From the IMG/VR virus record IMGVR_UViG_3300020147_000065, positions 62,001 through 126,000 of that record: a stretch of DNA of 64,000 bases. The stretch is one strand, 5' to 3'. The position numbers and the translations under genes are program-made. The notes below the pieces were generated by a model, which saw nothing but the letters and a program-made list of their open reading frames with translations, searched no databases and was not told where the DNA came from. Below are positions 25,424 to 34,152 of the stretch, in pieces. Positions within the stretch are counted from its first letter, which is position 1. The number at the start of each line of letters is the position of its first letter.

Positions 25424-25620
25424 AGTGTTTCCTCTCTATTGATTACAACTTTTAGAAGACGTTTTGCACGACGTAAGCTGCCAAGATCGGGAGTCTCTTG
25501 ATGTTGTTGAAGTAGTTTGATTATTTCGTCTACTTCACGTTCAATAATCACTTTCTTCATTATATATTTAATTCTCCACTCAGGTAAATTACTTTTAACA
25601 ACGGGTTTTTCGATTCTCAT
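25420..25620 (-). CDS. Hypothetical protein
   Basis: ATGA overlaps on both sides. Confidence 0.55.
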   Translation of the reverse strand: MRIEKPVVKSNLPEWRIKYIMKKVIIEREVDEIIKLLQQHQETPDLGSLRRAKRLLKVVINREETL

Positions 25621-26078
25621 TTCTTCTCCAAATCATAAATTGTAACACAGTGATTACGAAGAGTGTCTTTGATAATTAATTCAATCACATTCCAGTCTCC
25701 GCCACCCAGTCCAGCCCCAATTCGGGGCATATGAATACTCGCATTTAAAACAGTTGCTCTCTTGTGTAACTGCCATAAACAACGAGTAAGTTGTGTATAT
25801 GACACCAGAGGCTTAGCACCTCTAATAAAACCACCCAGCCCGTTTTGGGCGCACATATTAGCTACCCACAGGTCATTCTCTACCTGAATGGTTTGAACTG
25901 TTCCCAATTGATAAGGACGGCCCCAGCTTCGATAGGCAATTTCAGGTTGCTTCCATCTCTTGGAAATGGCTACGACGAATCCTGCGCCCCATCCACCCTC
26001 ATTGTTGGTTACGTGAGCAATGATTTTATTACCATCCCCCGTGGGTTGCGTTGCATCACCTTTAACATAGTTAATCAT
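25617..26078 (-). CDS. Macrodomain protein (Poa1p/SCO6735-like ADP-ribose processing)
   Basis: YVKGDAT, IIAHVTN..GGWGAGF, VANMCAQ, HMPRIGAGLGGGDW. Confidence 0.92.
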   Translation of the reverse strand: MINYVKGDATQPTGDGNKIIAHVTNNEGGWGAGFVVAISKRWKQPEIAYRSWGRPYQLGTVQTIQVENDLWVANMCAQNGLGGFIRGAKPLVSYTQLTRCLWQLHKRATVLNASIHMPRIGAGLGGGDWNVIELIIKDTLRNHCVTIYDLEKK

Positions 26079-26638
26079 TAGTTACACTCACACTCCCATA
26101 CAGGAGAACCACAATCGCCACAGCGACGTATTTTCCGTTCATTGTTCCAGTGATGATAACACTCAATATGACAAGGCTTCATTGAATCACCATTTAATGC
26201 AGTTCCAGTTTCCATTATTGGTTTTTTACAGACAACACATTTTATTGGTTCGTTGTTAATGACGTTATTTTTAAATTCCTCAGAAGAATTAGCGAATCTA
26301 CGAAGTCTTGCCACCGCATCAGGTTTTAGACCGATTAAGACATTTTCTGGAATACCTTCATCTAATGCTGCCATGTGTTCTTTAAACAAGGGGTCTTTAT
26401 ACATGACATAATGTAAAGCAATACTTTTCCAGCGGTTATACCAACCGGCCCAATCTCGACTCATCATTTGATAATTACAGTGTGGACAGTGACTTTGCTT
26501 ATCGTAATCAATACTTCGATTCCAAATAACAATATAACCACACCCGGAACATTTGAGGTGTCCCTCTGGTGGTATATCTGCATAAAGCTGAGCTTCTACG
26601 ACTGTCTTTATCTCTGACTCTTTTATAAGCTTATACAT
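26078..26638 (-). CDS. Zn-finger-rich hypothetical protein
   Basis: Several CxxC pairs; start ATG 26638 with AAGGA SD. Confidence 0.6.
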   Translation of the reverse strand: MYKLIKESEIKTVVEAQLYADIPPEGHLKCSGCGYIVIWNRSIDYDKQSHCPHCNYQMMSRDWAGWYNRWKSIALHYVMYKDPLFKEHMAALDEGIPENVLIGLKPDAVARLRRFANSSEEFKNNVINNEPIKCVVCKKPIMETGTALNGDSMKPCHIECYHHWNNERKIRRCGDCGSPVWECECN

Positions 26639-26891
26639 ACTTCTTTCCTTTACAGTTACCACATTTTCCACCATTACATTCACCTTCAGCTTCGCATATA
26701 GGACAGGGAATTTTTCCCTCAAGTATTGCTTCAATCTTCTCAGAATGGGCGATCTGTACTCTAAGATCGTCCACATTGACTTTACCCCACGTTCTTTTAC
26801 TTTGTGCAATTCGACCTTTACAGGAGTTTCTATGACTATGTAAAAGTCCACCCAGGAAATTAACTTCGGCTTCTGTTAATTCGATTAACAT
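26631..26891 (-). CDS. Hypothetical protein with CxxCxG motifs
   Basis: CPIC...CGNCKG. Confidence 0.6.
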   Translation of the reverse strand: MLIELTEAEVNFLGGLLHSHRNSCKGRIAQSKRTWGKVNVDDLRVQIAHSEKIEAILEGKIPCPICEAEGECNGGKCGNCKGKKYV

Positions 26892-27235
26892 GGTTGTGCA
26901 TCACTTATCCTTACAATCACCGGTTCCTGCCACGGAGACTTTGCAACAAGTAGAACAACTTCTTTATTACCCCATGTTTCACCCTCACGTTCATCTACTT
27001 CTTGGGTTGTAGAGTTCCATGTGTTGCCAGGTGGATCATAATGAAAGTTCGACATGATAACATTTCTAAGTCCTACTACATGACCTTCGATTGGGCTAAC
27101 CACGGGTTGGGCATCGCTGTGATAACCGTCCTGCATAACCTTAGCAAATCGGCCTTTGCAACGACGAAAAAACCATCGGTCAGACTTAACTCTATCACCA
27201 ATCTGGATTCCCGCGAACTTTGATTTCTTAGACAT
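26885..27235 (-). CDS. Hypothetical protein
   Basis: TGATG coupling. Confidence 0.6.
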   Translation of the reverse strand: MSKKSKFAGIQIGDRVKSDRWFFRRCKGRFAKVMQDGYHSDAQPVVSPIEGHVVGLRNVIMSNFHYDPPGNTWNSTTQEVDEREGETWGNKEVVLLVAKSPWQEPVIVRISDAQPC

Positions 27236-27627
27236 CAGATGTATCCTTTCCGATAAACCACATTGCCTTCCATATCAACATATTTCTCTACGCGTTCTGG
27301 ATAGCAAACCTTTTCTATGCTACCAGTTTCTTGAGAAACGTATTGTTCATGCAGCATTACTAGACCCGATTTTCCAATTAGTGTCATAGGTCTAATACTG
27401 TTAGGTTGTTCTGCTCTATGAGCCACATCCCTCGCCATATCTATTATCGACTGGAGACTATCTGACACAATGCTAACACGGTATTCTCTTTTGGGCAGCT
27501 TCGGCATTTGTCTTTCTACCTGCCCCTCAGTGAGGTGGTTTGTGAAAACCCACTGAACGAATTTCTCTGCTTCAGGAGATTCGCCAGCTTCCTCTTTGTA
27601 TTTTTTGAGCAACAATTCAAGGTCCAT
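27235..27627 (-). CDS. Hypothetical protein
   Basis: TAATG coupling, GGAG SD. Confidence 0.6.
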   Translation of the reverse strand: MDLELLLKKYKEEAGESPEAEKFVQWVFTNHLTEGQVERQMPKLPKREYRVSIVSDSLQSIIDMARDVAHRAEQPNSIRPMTLIGKSGLVMLHEQYVSQETGSIEKVCYPERVEKYVDMEGNVVYRKGYI

Positions 27628-27839
27628 TACTCGCTCCTAACATAAAAGAAAATTACAGGGTTCTCACCAAGAGTATCGAAGTCCCAACTATAAAACAAAA
27701 GTTCTGCAACATCAGCATCTTTCACTCGACCTTTGATTTTGTAAACAATTGCGCCTCTATTTAATGAGTAAGAGAACTCACCTTCATATTCAGAAAGGAT
27801 TTTTAATCCGTCAGCTATCTTTTCACTGTCTTTCATCAC
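27627..27839 (-). CDS. Hypothetical protein
   Basis: AGGAG SD. Confidence 0.6.
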   Translation of the reverse strand: MMKDSEKIADGLKILSEYEGEFSYSLNRGAIVYKIKGRVKDADVAELLFYSWDFDTLGENPVIFFYVRSE

Positions 27840-27847
27840 ACACTCCT

Positions 27848-27882
27848 AAAAAGAAAGGGGAGGCCGCGAAGCCTCCCCTTTT
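27848..27882 (-). terminator. Intrinsic terminator ending the kinase/vWA operon
   Basis: Minus strand GGGGAGGC-ttcgcg-GCCTCCCC-TTTCTTTTT. Confidence 0.85.
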
Positions 27883-27884
27883 CC

Positions 27885-28664
27885 TTATCCACCGAATCCA
27901 CCGGCGAACTGCGAGGCCACGTTTGCAGCCGACGATTGCGATACCTTCTGGCTAACTCTCGATACCATCTGGAAGACCTTCATGATTTCCTTTGGATCAT
28001 CATCTACAGTCTTAATCCACTGGTCTTGTAAACCCCAATTCTTAAACTCCTGATGGAAGTCTGTATACCCATCGTGGATACCAATACCGATGATAATGTG
28101 AGTTTCCTCAAGAATCATTGGCTCAACGATTCGCTTGATAGCATCCGTGCTTACCGAATCAGTGTTTCCGCCATCTGTAACAAAAGCAGTAATTGTACGA
28201 ACGTTGGCAGCAGCATCATCGAATTCTTTATACTTCTCACGAACGTTGAAACCAAGAACGCTTACGGCAGTTGAACGTAAAGGTGTGTGTCCACCCATCG
28301 AATGGCTACGAGCATCAAGTTCGGTTGCATTATCAATCTGCACCCACTGACTTACTACTCCACGATTCAAAAGCGAACTATGAAACAGGATACCGTCGCG
28401 CTGGGCCATACGTTTTAGGTCTTTGATGATGCTATTATGACCTTCGATGGCCAATTCCCAGTTACTTAAACCTTTGGGATTCTTTGTGCGGTCACCATTG
28501 ACTCTACTCATCGAACCTGAATCATCAATTACCAGAGCTACGAGACAAACCTCAGTAGCATTAACATCATCAGCCGAAATACCGTTTCCGGCGTTAATCA
28601 GGTTGCCGATACCTACAATTTGTAAAGCCTCATCCGAAGGAGGCGTCATGATTTGCGAACTCAT
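27885..28664 (-). CDS. vWA-domain protein (TerY/YegL-like)
   Basis: MIDAS DDSGSMS, GHTPL, FVTDG. Confidence 0.85.
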   Translation of the reverse strand: MSSQIMTPPSDEALQIVGIGNLINAGNGISADDVNATEVCLVALVIDDSGSMSRVNGDRTKNPKGLSNWELAIEGHNSIIKDLKRMAQRDGILFHSSLLNRGVVSQWVQIDNATELDARSHSMGGHTPLRSTAVSVLGFNVREKYKEFDDAAANVRTITAFVTDGGNTDSVSTDAIKRIVEPMILEETHIIIGIGIHDGYTDFHQEFKNWGLQDQWIKTVDDDPKEIMKVFQMVSRVSQKVSQSSAANVASQFAGGFGG

Positions 28665-28676
28665 TATTAATCACCC

Positions 28677-29720
28677 TTAATTATACAACCAGTTTAAGTC
28701 GGTTGTCGTTACCAAACTCATTCCAGCCTTTTCAAAGCTGTCCAATGCTTTGTTAGCATCATCGGTATAATCAATTACACCAGGAATTACTACAGGACTC
28801 ATGCAGTCACGTAAGATAGCAACTTTACGGGCTAATGTTGGATCAATCTGAACCAATTCACCCAGGAAGTCTGCGATACTCCATGCTACACAATGCGAAG
28901 CAGCTTCTCCAACGAACACAATCAAGTCGTAATTGATTACTTTCTGAATGAACGCAGCATTCCGCTGTCCAATCACTTCACCCTTTGGACCTTTGAGGAC
29001 TTCGGGTTTGAATACCGAGTAGTTCTCAGTAATTAGTGTACCACCTTTAGTCTCAATGGTAGGATTGGTTCCACGAGCAAATCCGTGAAAATACATTGCT
29101 TCGTAGAGAGGCTCAATTAGGGCGTGATTGACCGAACCGAGCATTGCGTGGTAAGGCCAGATTGTGAGGTTATATTTACCCTGCTCTTCAAGCGAGCGGC
29201 AGTAGTATTGGGCGTAGTTGCTAAGTGCTACATAGTTACCTGTACCATTAGCAGTTGGAGCAACTTGTCTTGCGATTGCTGGATTAACACGATACTTACC
29301 CTCTTTGAGGTCTTTCTCGGTAATCATAGTGAAGGGATCAACAGGTGTCCCATCTTCCTTGAGGAAGAACATTGGATGGAAAATCTGACTTGCCACATGG
29401 GTATCCATCGTAGCCGCAATGTCAGTAATTGCATTCATGTTTTGGTAGATAAACTCAGTAATCTTACGAGCATCATCTACCGCTCCAGTGCCGCTACGTC
29501 CACCCACGTAGAGTTCGGCACCTGGTGTACAGAAAGTCTTCTGCATGTCAATCATAACGAGACAGACTTTCTTCGCATCTTTGGCTGCGTTTGTAATGCC
29601 ATTTTTCTTGGCGTATTCGAGAGCAGCAGGTTGTACTGCGTTGAGGTCCACGTTGTATGGTGGGCGCTGGAAATCAGCAGGATTATATGTTGCGGGTAAT
29701 GGTGTTGCGTTCATTATCAT
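28677..29720 (-). CDS. Nicotinamidase/isochorismatase-family cysteine hydrolase (long form)
   Basis: IDMQKTFC, MDTH, WPYH, TKG, GEAASHCV (Asp-Lys-Cys triad). Confidence 0.9.
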   Translation of the reverse strand: MIMNATPLPATYNPADFQRPPYNVDLNAVQPAALEYAKKNGITNAAKDAKKVCLVMIDMQKTFCTPGAELYVGGRSGTGAVDDARKITEFIYQNMNAITDIAATMDTHVASQIFHPMFFLKEDGTPVDPFTMITEKDLKEGKYRVNPAIARQVAPTANGTGNYVALSNYAQYYCRSLEEQGKYNLTIWPYHAMLGSVNHALIEPLYEAMYFHGFARGTNPTIETKGGTLITENYSVFKPEVLKGPKGEVIGQRNAAFIQKVINYDLIVFVGEAASHCVAWSIADFLGELVQIDPTLARKVAILRDCMSPVVIPGVIDYTDDANKALDSFEKAGMSLVTTTDLNWLYN

Positions 29721-29727
29721 TTCCTTT

Positions 29728-30009
29728 TTACGTCAAGTACTCCGCGTGTTTAAATCCAGGGAGACTTCCGTATTCGTTTATGTACACATTTGCCTCAGCA
29801 ATTGTGACCGTAAGCAAGTTCTTTACAGCTTGTTCATAAAAACAGTTAGTCGGGTTGTTGAAAGGTCTTACATCAGACCAGGATTTATAGCTCTTAACCA
29901 GAGAGTCATATAATTCTTGAACAAACTCCTGGTCATAGCCTTCGGATGTTTCCTGGATTATCATGTGCAACAACTCACATGTAGCCAGAATTCCTTTAGG
30001 TTTCTCCAT
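29728..30009 (-). CDS. Hypothetical protein
   Basis: Directly after an internal consensus promoter. Confidence 0.6.
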   Translation of the reverse strand: MEKPKGILATCELLHMIIQETSEGYDQEFVQELYDSLVKSYKSWSDVRPFNNPTNCFYEQAVKNLLTVTIAEANVYINEYGSLPGFKHAEYLT

Positions 30010-30019
30010 AGTAATTTAC

Positions 30020-30048
30020 ATTCTACCGCATCCCACGGGGTTTGTCAA
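30020..30048 (-). promoter_or_regulatory. Internal sigma70-type promoter
   Basis: TTGACA-17 nt-TAGAAT on the minus strand. Confidence 0.8.
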
Positions 30049-30629
30049 GGGGCTACATCCATCAACATATCGGCCAGAACGAAGGCATGGCCCATTGGTC
30101 GTTTGTCGTAGCGCAGAACATCTTCGAGGGTCATGCCCATCTTCTCATAGTCGTAACCATCGAAGTCCCAAAGGGTCAATTCCCCTTCTTTTTCATAGAG
30201 TTCATATAACGTCTTCCATGCCTGAGATTTTACTACAGCCTGAGAGTAAAGTGTTACATAAATTTTGATTCGAGCATCAATGTAACCAAGTTGCTCTGCT
30301 TCATCAAAATCACCATACGGGCCGAGATAAGAGTATAAGGGTTTAGCTCCTTTACCCATTGGGTAACGGTCAGCCCATTCTTTTTGAAATCCCGCTTTAG
30401 ACCATGCAAACCATTTTTCGCTGGGTGTTCCATCAGGATTTGTATAACCTTGATATACTTTACTGTATTGCCAACCGTTTTCGACATTCTTCGCATGAAT
30501 GTTGCGATAATGAACCGGCCCAAGAAAGAACGGGCTAAGTCCTTTGCTCCAATTTGTAGATTTAGATGTGGTGTTTACCAGAGGACAAGAAAATCTATTC
30601 TCGTCTCGTGGTCCAATTACGTGAATCAT
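30045..30629 (-). CDS. NADAR/YbiA-like (DUF6939-type) protein
   Basis: LSPF, NVENGWQYSKV, GYIDAR.KIY..LY, GHAFVL. Confidence 0.55.
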   Translation of the reverse strand: MIHVIGPRDENRFSCPLVNTTSKSTNWSKGLSPFFLGPVHYRNIHAKNVENGWQYSKVYQGYTNPDGTPSEKWFAWSKAGFQKEWADRYPMGKGAKPLYSYLGPYGDFDEAEQLGYIDARIKIYVTLYSQAVVKSQAWKTLYELYEKEGELTLWDFDGYDYEKMGMTLEDVLRYDKRPMGHAFVLADMLMDVAP

Positions 30630-30651
30630 TATTACCTCCCCATCGGCCCAA

Positions 30652-32547
30652 TTAAGGGCCGATGGTTAATTTAAGAATATCCTGACGGTTGACTGCATAC
30701 AAACCATCAGGCCCAGCAAGTAGAACGGTCTTCGAGTTTACGAATTGTTCGGTGCCATGAAACACCTTGTCTGGAACAAGCGAATTGTTTACAATGCTTA
30801 CTCGCACGATACCGTTATCAGTTGCAGCCAAAAAGAACTTTCCAATCGCACAGTTACCTCGCACACGTTGCCAAGCGGTTTCATCATCTTCCTTAGCCTC
30901 GTGGAAAGCCAGAATTTTACCATCTTTCCCTATAGCATAAGTACGGATAAGACGTTGCGAACCATCATTCATTAAGGCAGTGAACCAGGCTATGTCTTTT
31001 CCAAAGATACATGATGAATCAATAAGCTGTCCGCGGAAGTTCGGTAATCTGACTGAATCATCAATACCAATTTTTTCGGCGTCGAATACGAAACCAACGG
31101 TTACTGCTCCGGCTCGGTAAAAACCAAAACCCATTGTTTCTCCAACCCAAAATAAAGTATTGTTTTCGAGTACCTCACCGATCTTTACTTCACCAAAAAC
31201 ATCATCGCGTTTCAAGACTCCACCAACAACCCAAAAGCGATTACGACTGTTAGCATCGAACATCGGAATATTTTGGTAATCATCAATAACTACGTTGTTA
31301 TTTACATTACCAAATTTATCACGTACATTACCCAGGCAAGTATTAATCATATTGTTCTGTCCAATATGAAGTAAGTCTTTGCTTACTCGAAAGCGGGTGA
31401 ACGGTGTGATGTTTACTTTGCTAACCACGGCATAATTCGATCTTAGTCCTGCCCCATCTTCATAAACCATACGAAGTTCATCCTGATAGACGGCGTATAA
31501 AATACGTCCGTCGGTATGAAAAACATTCTCCATGTAAACATTGTTTACATGGGCCACCACAGGAATAACAGCTTGTTGTGGTGCGGTTGTGCAATTTGGA
31601 CAGGTGCTTCGGGCATGAAGTAATCCACAGTTGGTACACTTTGTCCAGCGAAGACCGGCGAGTAGTTTCTCAGGAAATTCTCCACGCTTTTTATGCGAAA
31701 ATACTTCTTCAAAATGATCGAGTAATTCATCTGGTAGTGTCTTTAGCGGGGTAGCGGCTTTCGGATATTTGACTCTGCTATCAAAAACTGATATACCAAG
31801 CAGAGGTCTATTACCAAACGCAATAGTCTTATCATCCAGTTTTCCACCATAAGGTCGAACAAACATAAGGCTATTGAAAAGCATAGTGTTAAACGCAAAC
31901 CAGTCGGTATCTGGACTATGTGGTTTGATAGGGTAGAAATAAGGTTCTGTATCATTAGTTCGTTTCTTGTTCAACTCGCAAATTGTGGGGTCAACAAAAT
32001 TTTCGTTGAAGACCACACAGAGGTACGGATGAAACTGCCAGCTGTCTGCATCAATGAAGTAAGCAGAATCATTTTTATTACCAACCAAAACATTTAAATC
32101 GTTGAAGTCTCCGATTACAATACTTGCCCCGTGGATGGCCCTAACTGTCCCATGAACATCTTGAAAGATACGAATAACTCTTTCATTAGGAACACCCGCA
32201 TCACGGAAACTTCGTTGGTTAAGTTGACCCAGCAAGAAAGTATCCTGCAAAAAGTCCATCGTATAACCAACCATTTTTCCTTTACCGTCTACAGCTAAAC
32301 TCTGAGGTACGACTACTTTGTTTGTGCTGATTTTAGGGAAATTAGCTAACTTCTTTTCATAGAGGTTAAGTTTTTGTTCTGCCGCTGCTTGGCGAGCAGG
32401 ATTACCTGCGTAATCAGGATGTTTTGGTCCCTTGAAAAGTTTTAGAGCAGTGTGTGGATTGACTTCATAAATATCAGCTTCACCACCACTTCCACGTAAT
32501 CTCTTCGGTGTTGGATTAAATTCTTTACCATTTATAAAAACTGGCAT
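30652..32547 (-). CDS. Ser/Thr protein kinase (YegI/TerY-triad type) with Zn finger and beta-rich C-terminus
   Basis: GSGGEADIY, ALKLFK, H...VIGDFNDLNVLV, FIDADSWQ, DWFAF, CTNC...CPNC. Confidence 0.88.
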   Translation of the reverse strand: MPVFINGKEFNPTPKRLRGSGGEADIYEVNPHTALKLFKGPKHPDYAGNPARQAAAEQKLNLYEKKLANFPKISTNKVVVPQSLAVDGKGKMVGYTMDFLQDTFLLGQLNQRSFRDAGVPNERVIRIFQDVHGTVRAIHGASIVIGDFNDLNVLVGNKNDSAYFIDADSWQFHPYLCVVFNENFVDPTICELNKKRTNDTEPYFYPIKPHSPDTDWFAFNTMLFNSLMFVRPYGGKLDDKTIAFGNRPLLGISVFDSRVKYPKAATPLKTLPDELLDHFEEVFSHKKRGEFPEKLLAGLRWTKCTNCGLLHARSTCPNCTTAPQQAVIPVVAHVNNVYMENVFHTDGRILYAVYQDELRMVYEDGAGLRSNYAVVSKVNITPFTRFRVSKDLLHIGQNNMINTCLGNVRDKFGNVNNNVVIDDYQNIPMFDANSRNRFWVVGGVLKRDDVFGEVKIGEVLENNTLFWVGETMGFGFYRAGAVTVGFVFDAEKIGIDDSVRLPNFRGQLIDSSCIFGKDIAWFTALMNDGSQRLIRTYAIGKDGKILAFHEAKEDDETAWQRVRGNCAIGKFFLAATDNGIVRVSIVNNSLVPDKVFHGTEQFVNSKTVLLAGPDGLYAVNRQDILKLTIGP

Positions 32548-32550
32548 AGA

Positions 32551-33375
32551 TTACACCTTCTTTCCTGCAATAATAGTAGTATCATCCACTAAAACTGTGT
32601 TATTTTGTACCAATTGAGTGGTAACACCGTTTACTTTCTCTTCATCATCTACGACTTTCACCTTTGGTACTCCCCCAGCAAGGCGACGAAGAGGTAATTC
32701 AAGACCATTCGCAGCGAAAGGATTCGCTGAAAATGGAATATCTTTCAAAAATTCTTCAATCTTCATTGGTAGATGATGAATACCATCGGTTGCTATCTCG
32801 AAATTCTGAACATCTTCTACTTTATATACAGCGATATTTTCCAAATCTGCGTTCACATCGTAGTCTTTTGGAAAGGCTCTGTACGCAAGATAATTTGGTG
32901 CATTTCCTTCGAAGTCAGGATCATATATTACTTCTCCATTAACTCGAATTACTCCATCACCACAAGCCACAAAAATCAGATTATTACGAAATTTAACAAA
33001 ACCAATAATTGTGAATAAAGTATATTGCCACAGCGTCCCAATCTTTTCCTCTTCGAGTTGAAAACTCATATTCAAAGCGCGGAGTGATGCAAGCATTCTT
33101 CTTCCTACCATCAACGGAATAGCATCAATAATAGCTTTTTCTTCCCAATCGTTTTGAATTGCTTCATTGATGAATCTCAGCGTTTGTGCAGAAAACGACC
33201 TCGCACCGAGGATAGCTCCAACTTCCGATTTCTCACATGATCCACAACCATCTGTTACAACACCAACCATCAAGTCTTCTGTTCCGTGCTCTGCTAAATA
33301 GAACGAATCTTGATTATTCAGAAAGTGTTGCAGGTGGTGTTTACCTCGTACACTTCCGTATGCGTATTCAAACAT
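32551..33375 (-). CDS. PP2C-like protein phosphatase (YegK type)
   Basis: GSVRGKHH..NQD, VTDGCGS, GDG, ATDG, DDTT. Confidence 0.9.
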   Translation of the reverse strand: MFEYAYGSVRGKHHLQHFLNNQDSFYLAEHGTEDLMVGVVTDGCGSCEKSEVGAILGARSFSAQTLRFINEAIQNDWEEKAIIDAIPLMVGRRMLASLRALNMSFQLEEEKIGTLWQYTLFTIIGFVKFRNNLIFVACGDGVIRVNGEVIYDPDFEGNAPNYLAYRAFPKDYDVNADLENIAVYKVEDVQNFEIATDGIHHLPMKIEEFLKDIPFSANPFAANGLELPLRRLAGGVPKVKVVDDEEKVNGVTTQLVQNNTVLVDDTTIIAGKKV

Positions 33376-33784
33376 TATTATCCTCTATGATAAATCTGGC
33401 TTCACATCGCCAATAACGATTACCCCTGTAATCGTGTGCTGGTTTCCCAAAGGGAGTCTGTTGGTATTTAGACGGTACTCCGAACGTGTGATGATAACTC
33501 CATTGAAATCTGGTAATCTCGTATAATGATTCACCGACTCTAACCAGTTCACCGACCTTGGGTGGCTTTACTGGCTCTTTACCGAACATCTTGAATCGGT
33601 TACGACAACCATACATATTACCCTTACGAGTTCTATTTGGTCTTGCAATCAATACGTCGGACATTCTTCCTATCCAGACAGAATTTCCCAAGTCTCTCAC
33701 TTTCTCTTTACCTACCTTACCTTTATTACTCCCTTCTGAAAGTAAACGTCGGGTCATAGGTTTCGTTAAAACCGGGTTTGTCAT
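33368..33784 (-). CDS. Basic hypothetical protein
   Basis: GGAAGG SD; overlaps the PP2C start. Confidence 0.6.
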   Translation of the reverse strand: MTNPVLTKPMTRRLLSEGSNKGKVGKEKVRDLGNSVWIGRMSDVLIARPNRTRKGNMYGCRNRFKMFGKEPVKPPKVGELVRVGESLYEITRFQWSYHHTFGVPSKYQQTPFGKPAHDYRGNRYWRCEARFIIEDNNV

Positions 33785-34133
33785 ATATTACCTTCCATCC
33801 TTCTTTTCTATAGGTGTCTTCAACATTCAGATAATTCTTGTCATAAACGGCACCAAGTCTTATACGAAGTTTCTTCGCTATTAAACTGGCTACATCTTTA
33901 GCTTTGAATTTAGAGTAACCTCCTACAGCATTGGAGACTATCATTTCGTTGAAGGCTTGGAAAACTTCTTTTGGGAAGACCGACTTCTTTGCAATGGCAA
34001 CCTCATCGGGTCTGATTGGGCGATCATCAGGAATCATTTGTTCTTTTCTTAATGCTCGTCGAGCGGTATCAGCTTCCGCCTGAGCTTGTGCTAAAGCGGC
34101 CTTTTCTTCCGCTGATGGAATTATTTCTTTCAT
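33726..34133 (-). CDS. Phage hypothetical protein
   Basis: First gene after the minus-strand promoter; GAGG SD; P.EVF.AFNE...VED.YR..GW.V.YDKP. Confidence 0.7.
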   Translation of the reverse strand: MKEIIPSAEEKAALAQAQAEADTARRALRKEQMIPDDRPIRPDEVAIAKKSVFPKEVFQAFNEMIVSNAVGGYSKFKAKDVASLIAKKLRIRLGAVYDKNYLNVEDTYRKEGWKVIYDKPGFNETYDPTFTFRRE

Positions 34134-34152
34134 TTTTGTCCTCTCGCTAATC

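Noticed and set aside
16126-29699. Long antisense ORFs (16126..16653, 17169..17576, 29124..29699 and similar)
   Set aside because: Shadows of well-supported genes on the opposite strand, without SD or motifs
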